DNA of 38,399 nucleotides from Candidatus Sigynarchaeum calidifontis (GTDB taxonomy: Archaea > Asgardarchaeota > Lokiarchaeia > Sigyniarchaeales > Sigyniarchaeaceae), in NCBI GenBank assembly GCA_030587475.2, contig JAUQYZ020000083.1, positions 1 through 38,399 on the forward strand, in the 5' to 3' direction. Of the stretch, positions 27,263 through 36,313 are shown piece after piece (the stretch's first letter is position 1; each line of letters opens with the position of its first letter). The position numbers and the translations under genes are program-made. The notes beneath the pieces are model-generated. The model made no database searches, was not told where the DNA came from, and saw only the letters and a program-made list of their open reading frames with translations.

Positions 27263-27850
27263 TAGATAATCGATCTCTCTATCCAATTCTCGTTTTCGAG
27301 ATGAAGGGGCCCTGGAATTCTATCATCTAAATTGATTTAATCGGACGATCTTTACACGATTTCTTATTATTGATACCTTGCCCGATGAAGCCATCGGTAA
27401 GTTTAATTTCGCTCGTCCCTAAGATGATCATGCCCCGATGACGAGCCAGGATAAGTCCGAGCCTTATGGCTAAGGCGGTGAAGATTTATAGTTACCCGGA
27501 GGGGCATTTCCTCGCAAATTATTTGCATTATCATGATAACGAGCTTAAATAAGCAGGTATGTCCGTTTCTGGCGTGATACAGAAATCTTTTGGAGGTAAA
27601 GACGCAAGTTCTCGAAAACGGGACTTGAGTGACCACCCTGACCGAGAACGAGTGCCCTCCCCGAGTTCGGTTCTCCTTTCCCGTTTCCCGCCGTGCATGG
27701 CAGCGCGGGCCCGGCCGGGCGAGCCACGTGCATTTCCTCGACAATTTCTTCTCGAATCCGAGGCCGCAAGCAAAAAAATAAATACGATGGGCGAGTCGTC
27801 CCACGCGAAAGGGGCAGCTTTAAATACGAACATTAACTGAAACTATCTAG

Positions 27851-27931
27851 CTTTGCGGCCGTGTAATGCGTGCGACGAATGGACTCGGTCGTGTTCACTA
27901 TCGGCACGTGGAAAAAACACGGCTTGCAAAG
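27851..27931 (+). ncRNA. Candidate small structured RNA (long irregular hairpin) downstream of a TATA-like box
   Basis: Nested stems ctttgc/gcaaag, ggccgtgt/acacggct, gcgtgc/gcacgt and tggac/gttca. G-U pairs favour the + strand. TTTAAATA at 27819-27826 lies ~25 nt upstream. Confidence 0.3.
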
Positions 27932-27959
27932 TGTGTTCCCCTCCATTCTCGAAATTTGC

Positions 27960-29135
27960 TCATCTTCCTATTTTGCGGAGCAATTCCGCCGCCTTCGCGA
28001 GGGTCTCATCTTTCTTGCAGAAACAAAACCGCGTTTGGCGGCTGCCATTTTTCGGATCCGAGTAGAACGAGCTGCCTGGCACGGTGGCGATGCCCACGTT
28101 CTTCAGCAAGTGGATTGCGAGATCCCGCGAGTTGTGCAGGCCGTGTTGTTTCATGTACTCGTCGCAATCGCACATGATATAGTACGCGCCCGCCGGCTTC
28201 CACGGCTTTATGCTACCACCCGTTTCTTGCAGCGCCTCATATAGCGCGTCCCGTGCGCGCGTGTAGAATGCTGCAAGCCAGCGATAATATTCGTCCTCGA
28301 GCCCGAGGGCATACGCGGCGGCCTCTTGTAGCGGAGCGGCGGCACCAACGGTGAGAAAATCGTGGACTTTCTTTATCTCGGCCGTGATGCGCGGGCTAGC
28401 AATCGCCCAGCCGACGCGCCAACCCGTGAGCGAGTAGGTCTTGGAGATTGAATTTATCGTGATCGTGTGGTCGGCCATGCCCGGCAGCGACGCTATCGAG
28501 ACGTGCTCGTGGCCGTTGTAGATGATGTGCTCGTATATTTCGTCAGTTACAGCGAGACAATCGTGCTGTTGGCACAAGCTGGCAATGAAAGACAATTCTT
28601 TTCGCGAGAAGACCTTGCCCGTGGGGTTATTGGGCGTGTTGATGATGATCGCTTTCGTTTTCTCGTTGAATGCTTTCGCCAGGGTGTCCTCGCTGAAATG
28701 CCAGTCTGGCGGTTCGAGCTTGATGAAACGTGGCGTCGCGCCCGAGAGGAGGCAATCGGGTCCATAATTCTCGTAAAATGGCTCAAAAATGATAACCTCG
28801 TCGCCCGGATTGATCACGGCGCGCAGCGACGACATCATGGCCTCGGTCGACCCGCAGCATACCGTGATGCACGTCTCGGGATCTGCATCGATGTGATTAA
28901 ATCGCTTGACCTTTTTTGAAATTGCATCACGCAGTACCTTCGCGCCCCACGTGATGGAATACTGGTTGATGTCGTTCTTGATGGCTTCGCATGCTTTCTC
29001 CTTGATATCCGCGCGAGCAGGGAAGTCGGGGAATCCTTGAGCAAGATTAATCGAGCCGGGTGTTCGATTCGAAATCCTCGTCATCTCCCGTATTACAGAT
29101 TCGGAGAATTGCCGTGCCACAGATGACAAGTCCAT
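27960..29135 (-). CDS. PLP-dependent class I/II aminotransferase (methionine/kynurenine aminotransferase-like)
   Basis: INLAQGFPDF, NQYSITWG, INTPNNPTGKVF, TDEIYEHI, PLP-lysine motif SISKTYSLTGWRVGW and RFCFCK. Likely start is ATG 29135 (MDLSS). Confidence 0.93.
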   Translation of the reverse strand: MDLSSVARQFSESVIREMTRISNRTPGSINLAQGFPDFPARADIKEKACEAIKNDINQYSITWGAKVLRDAISKKVKRFNHIDADPETCITVCCGSTEAMMSSLRAVINPGDEVIIFEPFYENYGPDCLLSGATPRFIKLEPPDWHFSEDTLAKAFNEKTKAIIINTPNNPTGKVFSRKELSFIASLCQQHDCLAVTDEIYEHIIYNGHEHVSIASLPGMADHTITINSISKTYSLTGWRVGWAIASPRITAEIKKVHDFLTVGAAAPLQEAAAYALGLEDEYYRWLAAFYTRARDALYEALQETGGSIKPWKPAGAYYIMCDCDEYMKQHGLHNSRDLAIHLLKNVGIATVPGSSFYSDPKNGSRQTRFCFCKKDETLAKAAELLRKIGR

Positions 29136-29198
29136 GTTATGAGTTAAGGCAAGGCTTCTAGAAATCCTTTTTTTCCCAACATGAAATGAGGGATCGTC

Positions 29199-31190
29199 AT
29201 GGCACGATCGGATAGTTCTACTGAGCGACGCCTTCAAGGTTGGTTACTGATCGCCTTCGGATTCGTAATGATCCTAACGCTGGCACTCCTTTTCACGTTA
29301 CTTGGTGATCAGATTTTACCCAACATATCAATCGTAGATCTCTGGCTCATCATGGGTGGAATCGCTGCCGTGATCGTGTTCGAGCTAGTAGCGGGGCTTG
29401 CTTTGGCCACGCCGCTCGGGGCCTGGTATCATAAGCACGTGCAAGCACGTGAGGCGCCATCGAAGCCGTTAAAGGGGGGTCTTGGTAGCCGGGTTTCAGC
29501 TTTTTTTGCGCGCTATCCCTCGATCGGAAACGCATGGGTTATATCGTGGGCCGTAATCCACCTGATATTTGCCGTGGGCATCGCTGGCCTCGCCACGTGG
29601 CTCGGCATCGAGTACGCCCCGGTTATGGAACCACAATACATCCCTTTGCTCGTCGACGTCGCGGCATTGGCTGGCGTGCTGGGATGCATCTACACAAAGA
29701 GCGCCTTAACCGTGTTTCGCGCGTTTGCACGTACCCGCCAGAAGCCCGGCGCGACGCGGCCACACCTTGGTACCGGCACGATGGCACCAATTGCCATTGC
29801 AGTGATCGTAGTCGCTGCAATCTTCATCTATCCGCAACCAGGCTATTATCTGGAGAAATGGCGGCTCGACACGGAGAATGCCGCCTTCGGGGTGATCTAT
29901 GACATGTATGGCGGCTGGCAAAACCCGCCTGGAGGTTCCGGGCTCGATACGTTGAACGCGACCGGCTGGTTCCACATCGAGAAGGTAAATGGCCGGTTCT
30001 GGCTGGTCGACCCGATCGGTAAGCCGTTCGTGTCAAAAGGAGTGAATTTCATTTCCTATAACAGTGATGCCATCAAGGGCACGAGTATCCATCCATACAA
30101 GGAAACTAACGACGCGAAGTATGGCTCGCAAGAAGCATGGGGAAACACCACGTTATTGCGCATGGGGTCATGGCATTTTAATACCGCTGGCGCATGGTGC
30201 GATTGGTTCAACATTTATCTCGCGCCGCATCATCGGAAGCCGTACACGGTCATTCTCAACATCGCCGATCAAGCGGGTGCCGACTGGCTTACCGGCAGCG
30301 TGGCTGACGTGTGGGGGGACGCGTTCGTCAACGGGACGCTGAACGTGGTCGCCAACGGGGTTTTCTTTTTCAAGAACGACCCGTATTGCATCGGCTATTT
30401 TCTAGACAACGAACTCAACTGGGGATCCAAGGACTGGCGCTCTGACAAGACCTTGCTCGAGCTCTATTTGTCCATGTCGTCAAACGCGACGGGTCGAGGC
30501 GTGCTCCTCGCCTTCCTCGAGGACTCGTTCGATGGCAACATTGCATCGTTTAACGCAGCATTCGGCACCGCGGTGTCGTCGTGGTCCGAAGTCGCTGGAC
30601 TCGGCAAGGAGGATATATCCTTCGAGACCCAGCGATCGAGGGATGTCGCCGAGGTTTTTCGGCACGAGGTGGCCATGCAGTACTTTACCGTCTGCCACGC
30701 AGCTTTGCGAGCTGAGGCGCCCCACCAGCTCAATCTCGGCTGCAGGTTCGCAGCAGATCCACTCGAAAGTGTGACATCTGCGGCGAAAGGGCTTGTCGAC
30801 GTGATATCCTTCGCGGGCTATAGTTCGAGGCCACCACTGGATAGATTCGAGCGCGTGTTCAGGAACAATGACGTCCCCATCATCATCGAGGAATTTGCGT
30901 TCAAAGCCGCCGATTCTGGGCTTCCCAACACGCGTGGCGCGGGGCCGGTCGTGATCAGCCAGCACCAGCGTGCATTGCTATACGCACAGTACATTCAAGA
31001 ATTCATGTCCCGGCCGTACGCGGTCGGTTACCATTGGTTCCAATGGGCTGACCAGCCCGCCGAGGGCAGATTCGACGGAGAAAACAGCAACTTCGGGCTC
31101 GTGACAATCAAGGACGAGCCGTATACCTTGCTCGTAGAGATGGCGGCGTCGACGAACTTGCGAGCCGAGACCCTCCACGCGGGCTTGTGA
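29199..31190 (+). CDS. Membrane-anchored clan GH-A glycoside hydrolase (beta-agarase/GH50-like)
   Basis: About five N-terminal hydrophobic helices, then GWFHIEKVNGRFWLVDPIG, IGYFLDNEL (acid/base), IIEEF (nucleophile) and VGYHWFQWADQP..GRFDGENSNFGLV. Confidence 0.8.
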   Translation: MARSDSSTERRLQGWLLIAFGFVMILTLALLFTLLGDQILPNISIVDLWLIMGGIAAVIVFELVAGLALATPLGAWYHKHVQAREAPSKPLKGGLGSRVSAFFARYPSIGNAWVISWAVIHLIFAVGIAGLATWLGIEYAPVMEPQYIPLLVDVAALAGVLGCIYTKSALTVFRAFARTRQKPGATRPHLGTGTMAPIAIAVIVVAAIFIYPQPGYYLEKWRLDTENAAFGVIYDMYGGWQNPPGGSGLDTLNATGWFHIEKVNGRFWLVDPIGKPFVSKGVNFISYNSDAIKGTSIHPYKETNDAKYGSQEAWGNTTLLRMGSWHFNTAGAWCDWFNIYLAPHHRKPYTVILNIADQAGADWLTGSVADVWGDAFVNGTLNVVANGVFFFKNDPYCIGYFLDNELNWGSKDWRSDKTLLELYLSMSSNATGRGVLLAFLEDSFDGNIASFNAAFGTAVSSWSEVAGLGKEDISFETQRSRDVAEVFRHEVAMQYFTVCHAALRAEAPHQLNLGCRFAADPLESVTSAAKGLVDVISFAGYSSRPPLDRFERVFRNNDVPIIIEEFAFKAADSGLPNTRGAGPVVISQHQRALLYAQYIQEFMSRPYAVGYHWFQWADQPAEGRFDGENSNFGLVTIKDEPYTLLVEMAASTNLRAETLHAGL

Positions 31191-31224
31191 ATCGATGAGG
31201 ACCGTGGACAGCTAGGGCGGTTTA

Positions 31225-31602
31225 TCACGCGACCGGCTGGTTTTTGCGGGCGGGATTCTCCTCAATGATGCCCTTTTTACATTTCGGGCACATTTTCTTG
31301 AGTATTTCCCTCGTCCGGACGAGCTCCTTGGACCGGCACGCGGGACACACGAGCGGGTCTTTACTGCCATCAAGCACGGCTTCCATCAAGCAATTTTTGC
31401 ACATGAACGACTCGTTAAGCCCCGAACGACGCTTGAGCAACTCGTCCGTCACGCCCGGGCCGAGAATCTTGCGCGCAGTCGCCTCGGGGTTCGGTGGCGG
31501 GCAGAACACGCGTTCTCCTTTGTCATTTACCACGTAGGCATAATAATAATAGTGCAAGCCAAAGTTACACTTGTTGCAAACGAAGTCCAGGTCTTTTGAC
31601 AT
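31225..31602 (-). CDS. Small multi-CxxC zinc-ribbon protein
   Basis: CNKC, CKNC, CPAC and CPKC in 125 aa. Confidence 0.75.
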   Translation of the reverse strand: MSKDLDFVCNKCNFGLHYYYYAYVVNDKGERVFCPPPNPEATARKILGPGVTDELLKRRSGLNESFMCKNCLMEAVLDGSKDPLVCPACRSKELVRTREILKKMCPKCKKGIIEENPARKNQPVA

Positions 31603-31836
31603 CTCGCATCGTCACTCGTCCCGATCACTTGTGTAGTATGAAAAGAGAGGGTAGTACCGACAACAATTATGTCGGGACATTACAACACTTCGCATGGTAG
31701 ATTATAAAGCTTCATGCCGGGGAGGAACCCAGATGAGTGATCAAGCTATTGAATGCTTCGAGCGTCCATTCCCGCGTTTTCCCCCCCAACCGATCGGGAT
31801 ATCACATTTAATAGTGAAATCCATTCGATTCTCGAA

Positions 31837-33159
31837 TCACTCGCATGCATGGTCATCGTCCCCGCGCCGCTGGTATCGATCCTTCCCCTTTTTTCCCATG
31901 AGAAAGTTGTTATAGGTCTCGTCTGTGAAAACGGACACGTGATCGTTCTTCTTGACCGGTTGGGTGGTCTTGATCGAGACGAGCACGTGGTTCTTCGAAT
32001 CAGCGACCGGCGTCTCCGTGACATCCTTCCCTTGCACGCGCATGTTCCCTGGCTCGATCTTCATGTGGAAATAGGTCTTGGAGCCCTGGCCGATGAAGAA
32101 CACCTCGTCGCCGATGCGGAGGCGGCCGTTCGTCAAGATGATCTTGGCCGCTTGGCTCTTCGACAAGTAGTCGTTGACGATGCCGATCTCGATTTGGCGG
32201 TAATGAGACACGCTGCCGCGCACGTGGTGCTCGATGTCCACGTCGGTCGGGCGACCGAAGTAGAACCCCGTCGTGAAGCCGCGGTTGAATACTTTCCCCA
32301 TGTCCGCGAGCCACCCCTTGACCTTCTCGTACGTGAAGGAACCCTCGTAATGGCTGATAATGGCCTCCTTGTAGCACCGGACCACCGTCTCGACGTAGAA
32401 CGGGTCGCGCATGCGCCCCTCGATCTTGAAGGCAGCGATGTTTGCGTCGATTAACTTTGGAACGTGCTCGATCATGCAGAGATCCTTGGAGCTGAGGAAC
32501 ATGTCGCCCGTGTAGAGCATTTCGTTGTTTTCCTCGTCGATCACGCGCCAGCGGCGACGACAAGGCTGTGCACACGTGCCCCGGTTGCCCGACGACGCGT
32601 CCGTGCCCATGCACTCGAGCGATAGATAGCACCGGCCCGAGATGGCCGTGCACATGGCCCCGTGGACGAAGACCTCGATGTTGGCCGTGTTCATGGCCTG
32701 AACGATGGCCTTGATACGTTCGAGCGACAGCTCGCGGGCAAGGATAAGGCGCTGAGCCCCGAGCTTCTCGTAGAACCGCGCGGCCCTTGTGTTGGAAATG
32801 TTTGCTTGCGTGGACATGTGAAAAGCTATGCCAGCGTTGCGGGCGGCTTCAACGGATGCAAGATCGTGTACGATGACAGCATCCATTTCAGCTGCCTTCG
32901 CAGACTCCATGATGCCATCGAGCACGTCGAGCTCGTTATCGTACACGATCGAATTGACTGTGAGGTAAGCTTTCATGTTTCGCTCGTGACAATACCTGGC
33001 GACGTCAGGGAGCTCGCCGATCTCGAAGTTATCGGCCATCTGCCGCAAATTGAGCACGTGGGTGCCGAAATAGATGCCATCCGCGTGTTGCTCGGCCGCC
33101 TTTAGTGATTTCCAGTTCCGGCACGGTGCGAGCAGTTCCACTCGCTCGATTTTTCTCAT
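31837..33159 (-). CDS. Peptidase U32 family protein (TrhP/RlhA-like Fe-S RNA hydroxylation family)
   Basis: VELLAP, HMSTQANISN, ILARELSL, EVFVHGAMCTAISGRCYLS, NRGTCAQPCRR and FKIEGRMR. Likely start is ATG 33159. Confidence 0.93.
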   Translation of the reverse strand: MRKIERVELLAPCRNWKSLKAAEQHADGIYFGTHVLNLRQMADNFEIGELPDVARYCHERNMKAYLTVNSIVYDNELDVLDGIMESAKAAEMDAVIVHDLASVEAARNAGIAFHMSTQANISNTRAARFYEKLGAQRLILARELSLERIKAIVQAMNTANIEVFVHGAMCTAISGRCYLSLECMGTDASSGNRGTCAQPCRRRWRVIDEENNEMLYTGDMFLSSKDLCMIEHVPKLIDANIAAFKIEGRMRDPFYVETVVRCYKEAIISHYEGSFTYEKVKGWLADMGKVFNRGFTTGFYFGRPTDVDIEHHVRGSVSHYRQIEIGIVNDYLSKSQAAKIILTNGRLRIGDEVFFIGQGSKTYFHMKIEPGNMRVQGKDVTETPVADSKNHVLVSIKTTQPVKKNDHVSVFTDETYNNFLMGKKGKDRYQRRGDDDHACE

Positions 33160-33253
33160 GGTCGTGGTATCGAGGGCGCGGCTGTCGAAAAACTTATCGG
33201 TTGGCGGGAATGGGCATTCGAGCAAGCTGTGCTGGTGTGAAGCGAGGGAAGGA

Positions 33254-34723
33254 TCATGGCTTGAACGGGTGGTCATCAACTACTGGCACCCGCTTCTTGA
33301 GCAATTTCTCGATGTCTTTCAAGCAATCCTTTTCTGCGTCGTCACAGAAAGCAATCGCAACTCCAGTGGCTCCCATGCGTCCCGTTCTCCCGATGCGATG
33401 GATATATGTTTCGGGCACGTTTGGTAAATCGTATTGGATGACGTGCGAGATGTCATCCACGTCGATGCCGCGCGAAGCAACGTCCGTCGCGACAAGTACT
33501 CGGAGATCACCTCGTTTAAAGTCCCCGAGAGCCTTTTGCCGCGCGGTCTGAGACTTGTTACCGTGTATCGCCAGTGCCGGGATGCTCGCCTTCGCCAGTT
33601 TCTTCACGACATGGTTGGCACCGTGCTTTGTACGCGTGAACACTAGTGCACGAGTGATGTTCTTATCTTTCAGTAGGAGATCGATGAGAAGCAATACCTT
33701 TTGCTTTTTCGGGAGAAAATAAATGGATTGAGCTATTTCATCCAGTGTAATTTTTTCAGGGGAAACGCGTACCTCGACTGGATCGTGCAAGATGCTCTTT
33801 GCTAACTCCACGATCTCTGCAGGGATTGTCGCGGAGAATAGCAGCGTCTGCCGGCTTTTGGATGGTGGTAAATCCCTCACGATGCGACGGACATCATGGA
33901 TAAAGCCCATATCGAGCATCCGATCGGCCTCGTCGAGGACGAATATTTCTATATTGCTGATGGAGACGTATCCCTGTCCCATCAAGTCAAGCAGCCTGCC
34001 AGGTGTGGCCACGAGCACGTCCACGCCGGATTGTAGAGCATTGACCTGAGGATCCTGGCCAACCCCGCCGAAAATGACCGTGCTCGTCAAGCCGGTATAC
34101 TTGCCATAATCCTTGAAACTATCCTCGATCTGGATGGCGAGTTCCCTCGTCGGCGAGAGGACCAATGCGCGGATGGGTCGTTTCGCTACGGGGTTCTTGC
34201 CACTTGATCGCGGCACCGGGATAGTTGCGGGAACCTTCCGAGATAGACGCTGCAAGATGGGGAGCGCGAACGCGGCGGTCTTCCCGGTGCCTGTCTGGGC
34301 GCACCCGAGTAAATCCTTTCCCGCCAGAACGTGTGGAATAGCATTCGCCTGGATCGGTGTCGGGGCCGTGTATCCCGCGTCCTCGACCGCTCGTAACAAG
34401 CTCGGTAGCAAACCGAAGTCCTTGAACCCGGAAGCCGGGCCGGCAGCGGTCGCGGGTTTCAGCGTGTTGCCAGGCTTTGGAGAAGGTGTAAGGGGGTTCG
34501 TGGTTCTCGAGTTGCGAGGAGCCGGAATACAATCTGCCACCTTCGTTCCAGCCTGCTTCGCGATGCCCGCCACTGCCTTCTGCTGCTGCGTATTCACGCC
34601 GACCGCGGGAGCTTTCTGCTCCGGCCGCTTTGCGATGCTAGCCGGTGATTTCGGATCAGGTGTCCTTCCGCCGTCGGCAATCTTTTTTTGCATGGTGGGA
34701 CGGGTCTTATTTCCTGGTTCCAT
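33254..34723 (-). CDS. DEAD-box RNA helicase, RhlE-like, with a disordered N-terminal extension
   Basis: Q motif GYTAPTPIQ, AQTGTGKT, PTRELA, TPGRLLD, DEAD, SAT, HGNKSQ, TDVASRGID and YIHRIGRTGR. The start is uncertain (34780, 34723 or 34693). Confidence 0.95.
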   Translation of the reverse strand: MEPGNKTRPTMQKKIADGGRTPDPKSPASIAKRPEQKAPAVGVNTQQQKAVAGIAKQAGTKVADCIPAPRNSRTTNPLTPSPKPGNTLKPATAAGPASGFKDFGLLPSLLRAVEDAGYTAPTPIQANAIPHVLAGKDLLGCAQTGTGKTAAFALPILQRLSRKVPATIPVPRSSGKNPVAKRPIRALVLSPTRELAIQIEDSFKDYGKYTGLTSTVIFGGVGQDPQVNALQSGVDVLVATPGRLLDLMGQGYVSISNIEIFVLDEADRMLDMGFIHDVRRIVRDLPPSKSRQTLLFSATIPAEIVELAKSILHDPVEVRVSPEKITLDEIAQSIYFLPKKQKVLLLIDLLLKDKNITRALVFTRTKHGANHVVKKLAKASIPALAIHGNKSQTARQKALGDFKRGDLRVLVATDVASRGIDVDDISHVIQYDLPNVPETYIHRIGRTGRMGATGVAIAFCDDAEKDCLKDIEKLLKKRVPVVDDHPFKP

Positions 34724-34886
34724 TGGATTCGAGATTCCAGGAGTGCACGGTTGCACTTGGATGTGCGCGAGACATCCCAAAGCATCGGGCTATCTGGACA
34801 CATCTCGGGGCAGTCGGGCGAGCAACTTTTTATGATATTGATTCAATTCTGGATGTGAATAACCATAGACAACGATAGGGATCGTC

Positions 34887-36308
34887 ATGCACAATAACGA
34901 TTTCGTCACTCCATTTTACTCGTCAACCTCGCCGGGCACCGACACGGAACAAGGCAGCTTGGCCATGGATCTCACCATGGTCATCGTCAAGCTATACTTC
35001 GAGACCAAGGGGAACATCGAGAAGAAGCTCGGAGATATTGCAAACATCGCAGTTGGATATTGGCCATTCTACATCGTACCGATCAACGCCAACAACGCGT
35101 ATGTCCTCGAAGGACGAGGGCTTTTCAGCGAGAAGATCCGCACCCGCGTGCTCATGACCAAGCTTCCGGTCCTCGGCACCTTCCTCGATGAAGGTGCGAT
35201 CGATCGTTTCATCGGATCGATGGACAAGTTCGTCGCCAAGTGCGAGGGTTACCAGGGCTTCGAGCGGGAGGAAAAGAAGATCGATGGTCTAATCCCGGTT
35301 AGCGCGTTTCAAGGTTATTTCGTGCATTTCTTCAAGAACATCAAGAAGCCATACCTCGACACGTCTTTTTCCGAGTCGCCGAGCATGTCAGAAACGGCGG
35401 TCAAGTACATGCACGACGAGATCCTCAAGATATTCGACGATGAGCCCATCAACTTCGTGAAACAGCAGCATGCCGAGTTTGACAAGCTTTGCAAGAAATG
35501 GATCGCCAAGATCGAGACGCAGCTTGCCGAACAAGTTCAAGACCCGGTCGAATCACTCAAGACCAAGGGCGAGTGGCTATATCCCGAGCTTGCCAGCCCT
35601 GTTGACCAGGCAATCGAAACGTTGAAGGGCCAGGTGAGGGAGATCCGTGCATCTGCCAAAAACGAGGATGTCAAGGCCTCGATCACGCTCGCCGATCAAA
35701 CAATAAATTCTAGCAACGAAATCGCCAATGCACTTAACGATTACCGTCGCAACTTGAAGGCTCTCGACGACAAGATAGTGGCCGAGAAAAACCGAATCGA
35801 GTCCGATCGCAAGTACTGGCAAGACAGCATCGAGGCGATTCGCCGGCTCCAGGAGCGCATGCTGCAAGCTGTGAAGGGATTCGAGGAGCAAGAGGCGATC
35901 CTGCGGAGCAAATTCATCGAGGAACGCACGATCTCGTTTAAAAGCGGGAAGGTCGTCACGTGCGGGATGCCCATTTTCCTGATCAATTTCCTCAAGAAAG
36001 GCAAGCAGGAGACGCGCGTGCTGGCACCGGTCATCCTCGAGGAGGTCTCGCTGTTCCACAAGAATCCCTTCAAGGATCCTAAAGGGTTCGGTGATTTCGA
36101 AAAGTGGACGGGCGAACACTTCACCAAGGCGCAGAATGCGTTCGAAGTGCAGCAAAACATCAAGAAACAAGATGTTTTCACGCTTCCGAATCTCAAGATC
36201 GACGTGTCGAACGGCATCGATCGCATGCTGGATCTTGGTTACCTCGATAAGAAAAAACACGGCGAGATCCGGGACGACGAGCTGCACAACATCTTTACAA
36301 AGGGTTGA
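34887..36308 (+). CDS. Hypothetical protein: globular N- and C-terminal parts flanking a long coiled coil
   Basis: 473-aa ORF with GYWPFYIVP near the N-terminus, a heptad-rich centre (about residues 190-345) and C-terminal MPIFLI...RVLAP. Confidence 0.8.
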   Translation: MHNNDFVTPFYSSTSPGTDTEQGSLAMDLTMVIVKLYFETKGNIEKKLGDIANIAVGYWPFYIVPINANNAYVLEGRGLFSEKIRTRVLMTKLPVLGTFLDEGAIDRFIGSMDKFVAKCEGYQGFEREEKKIDGLIPVSAFQGYFVHFFKNIKKPYLDTSFSESPSMSETAVKYMHDEILKIFDDEPINFVKQQHAEFDKLCKKWIAKIETQLAEQVQDPVESLKTKGEWLYPELASPVDQAIETLKGQVREIRASAKNEDVKASITLADQTINSSNEIANALNDYRRNLKALDDKIVAEKNRIESDRKYWQDSIEAIRRLQERMLQAVKGFEEQEAILRSKFIEERTISFKSGKVVTCGMPIFLINFLKKGKQETRVLAPVILEEVSLFHKNPFKDPKGFGDFEKWTGEHFTKAQNAFEVQQNIKKQDVFTLPNLKIDVSNGIDRMLDLGYLDKKKHGEIRDDELHNIFTKG

Positions 36309-36313
36309 AGGCA

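Noticed and set aside
27361-27510. SAM-I (GCCCGATGAAGCC), cobalamin (GAGCCAGGA), Moco (TCCGAGC), SECIS (ATGA...GA), tRNA-Sec or 23S rRNA fragment
   Set aside because: Each is only a short partial match without the other required elements. There is no UCA anticodon arm and no upstream gene with an in-frame TGA.
27403-27840. ORFs 27559..27840 (+), 27403..27804 (-), 27531..27833 (-) and 27545..27769 (-)
   Set aside because: They overlap each other, have Arg/Ser/Pro-rich shadow-like composition and show no recognisable motifs.
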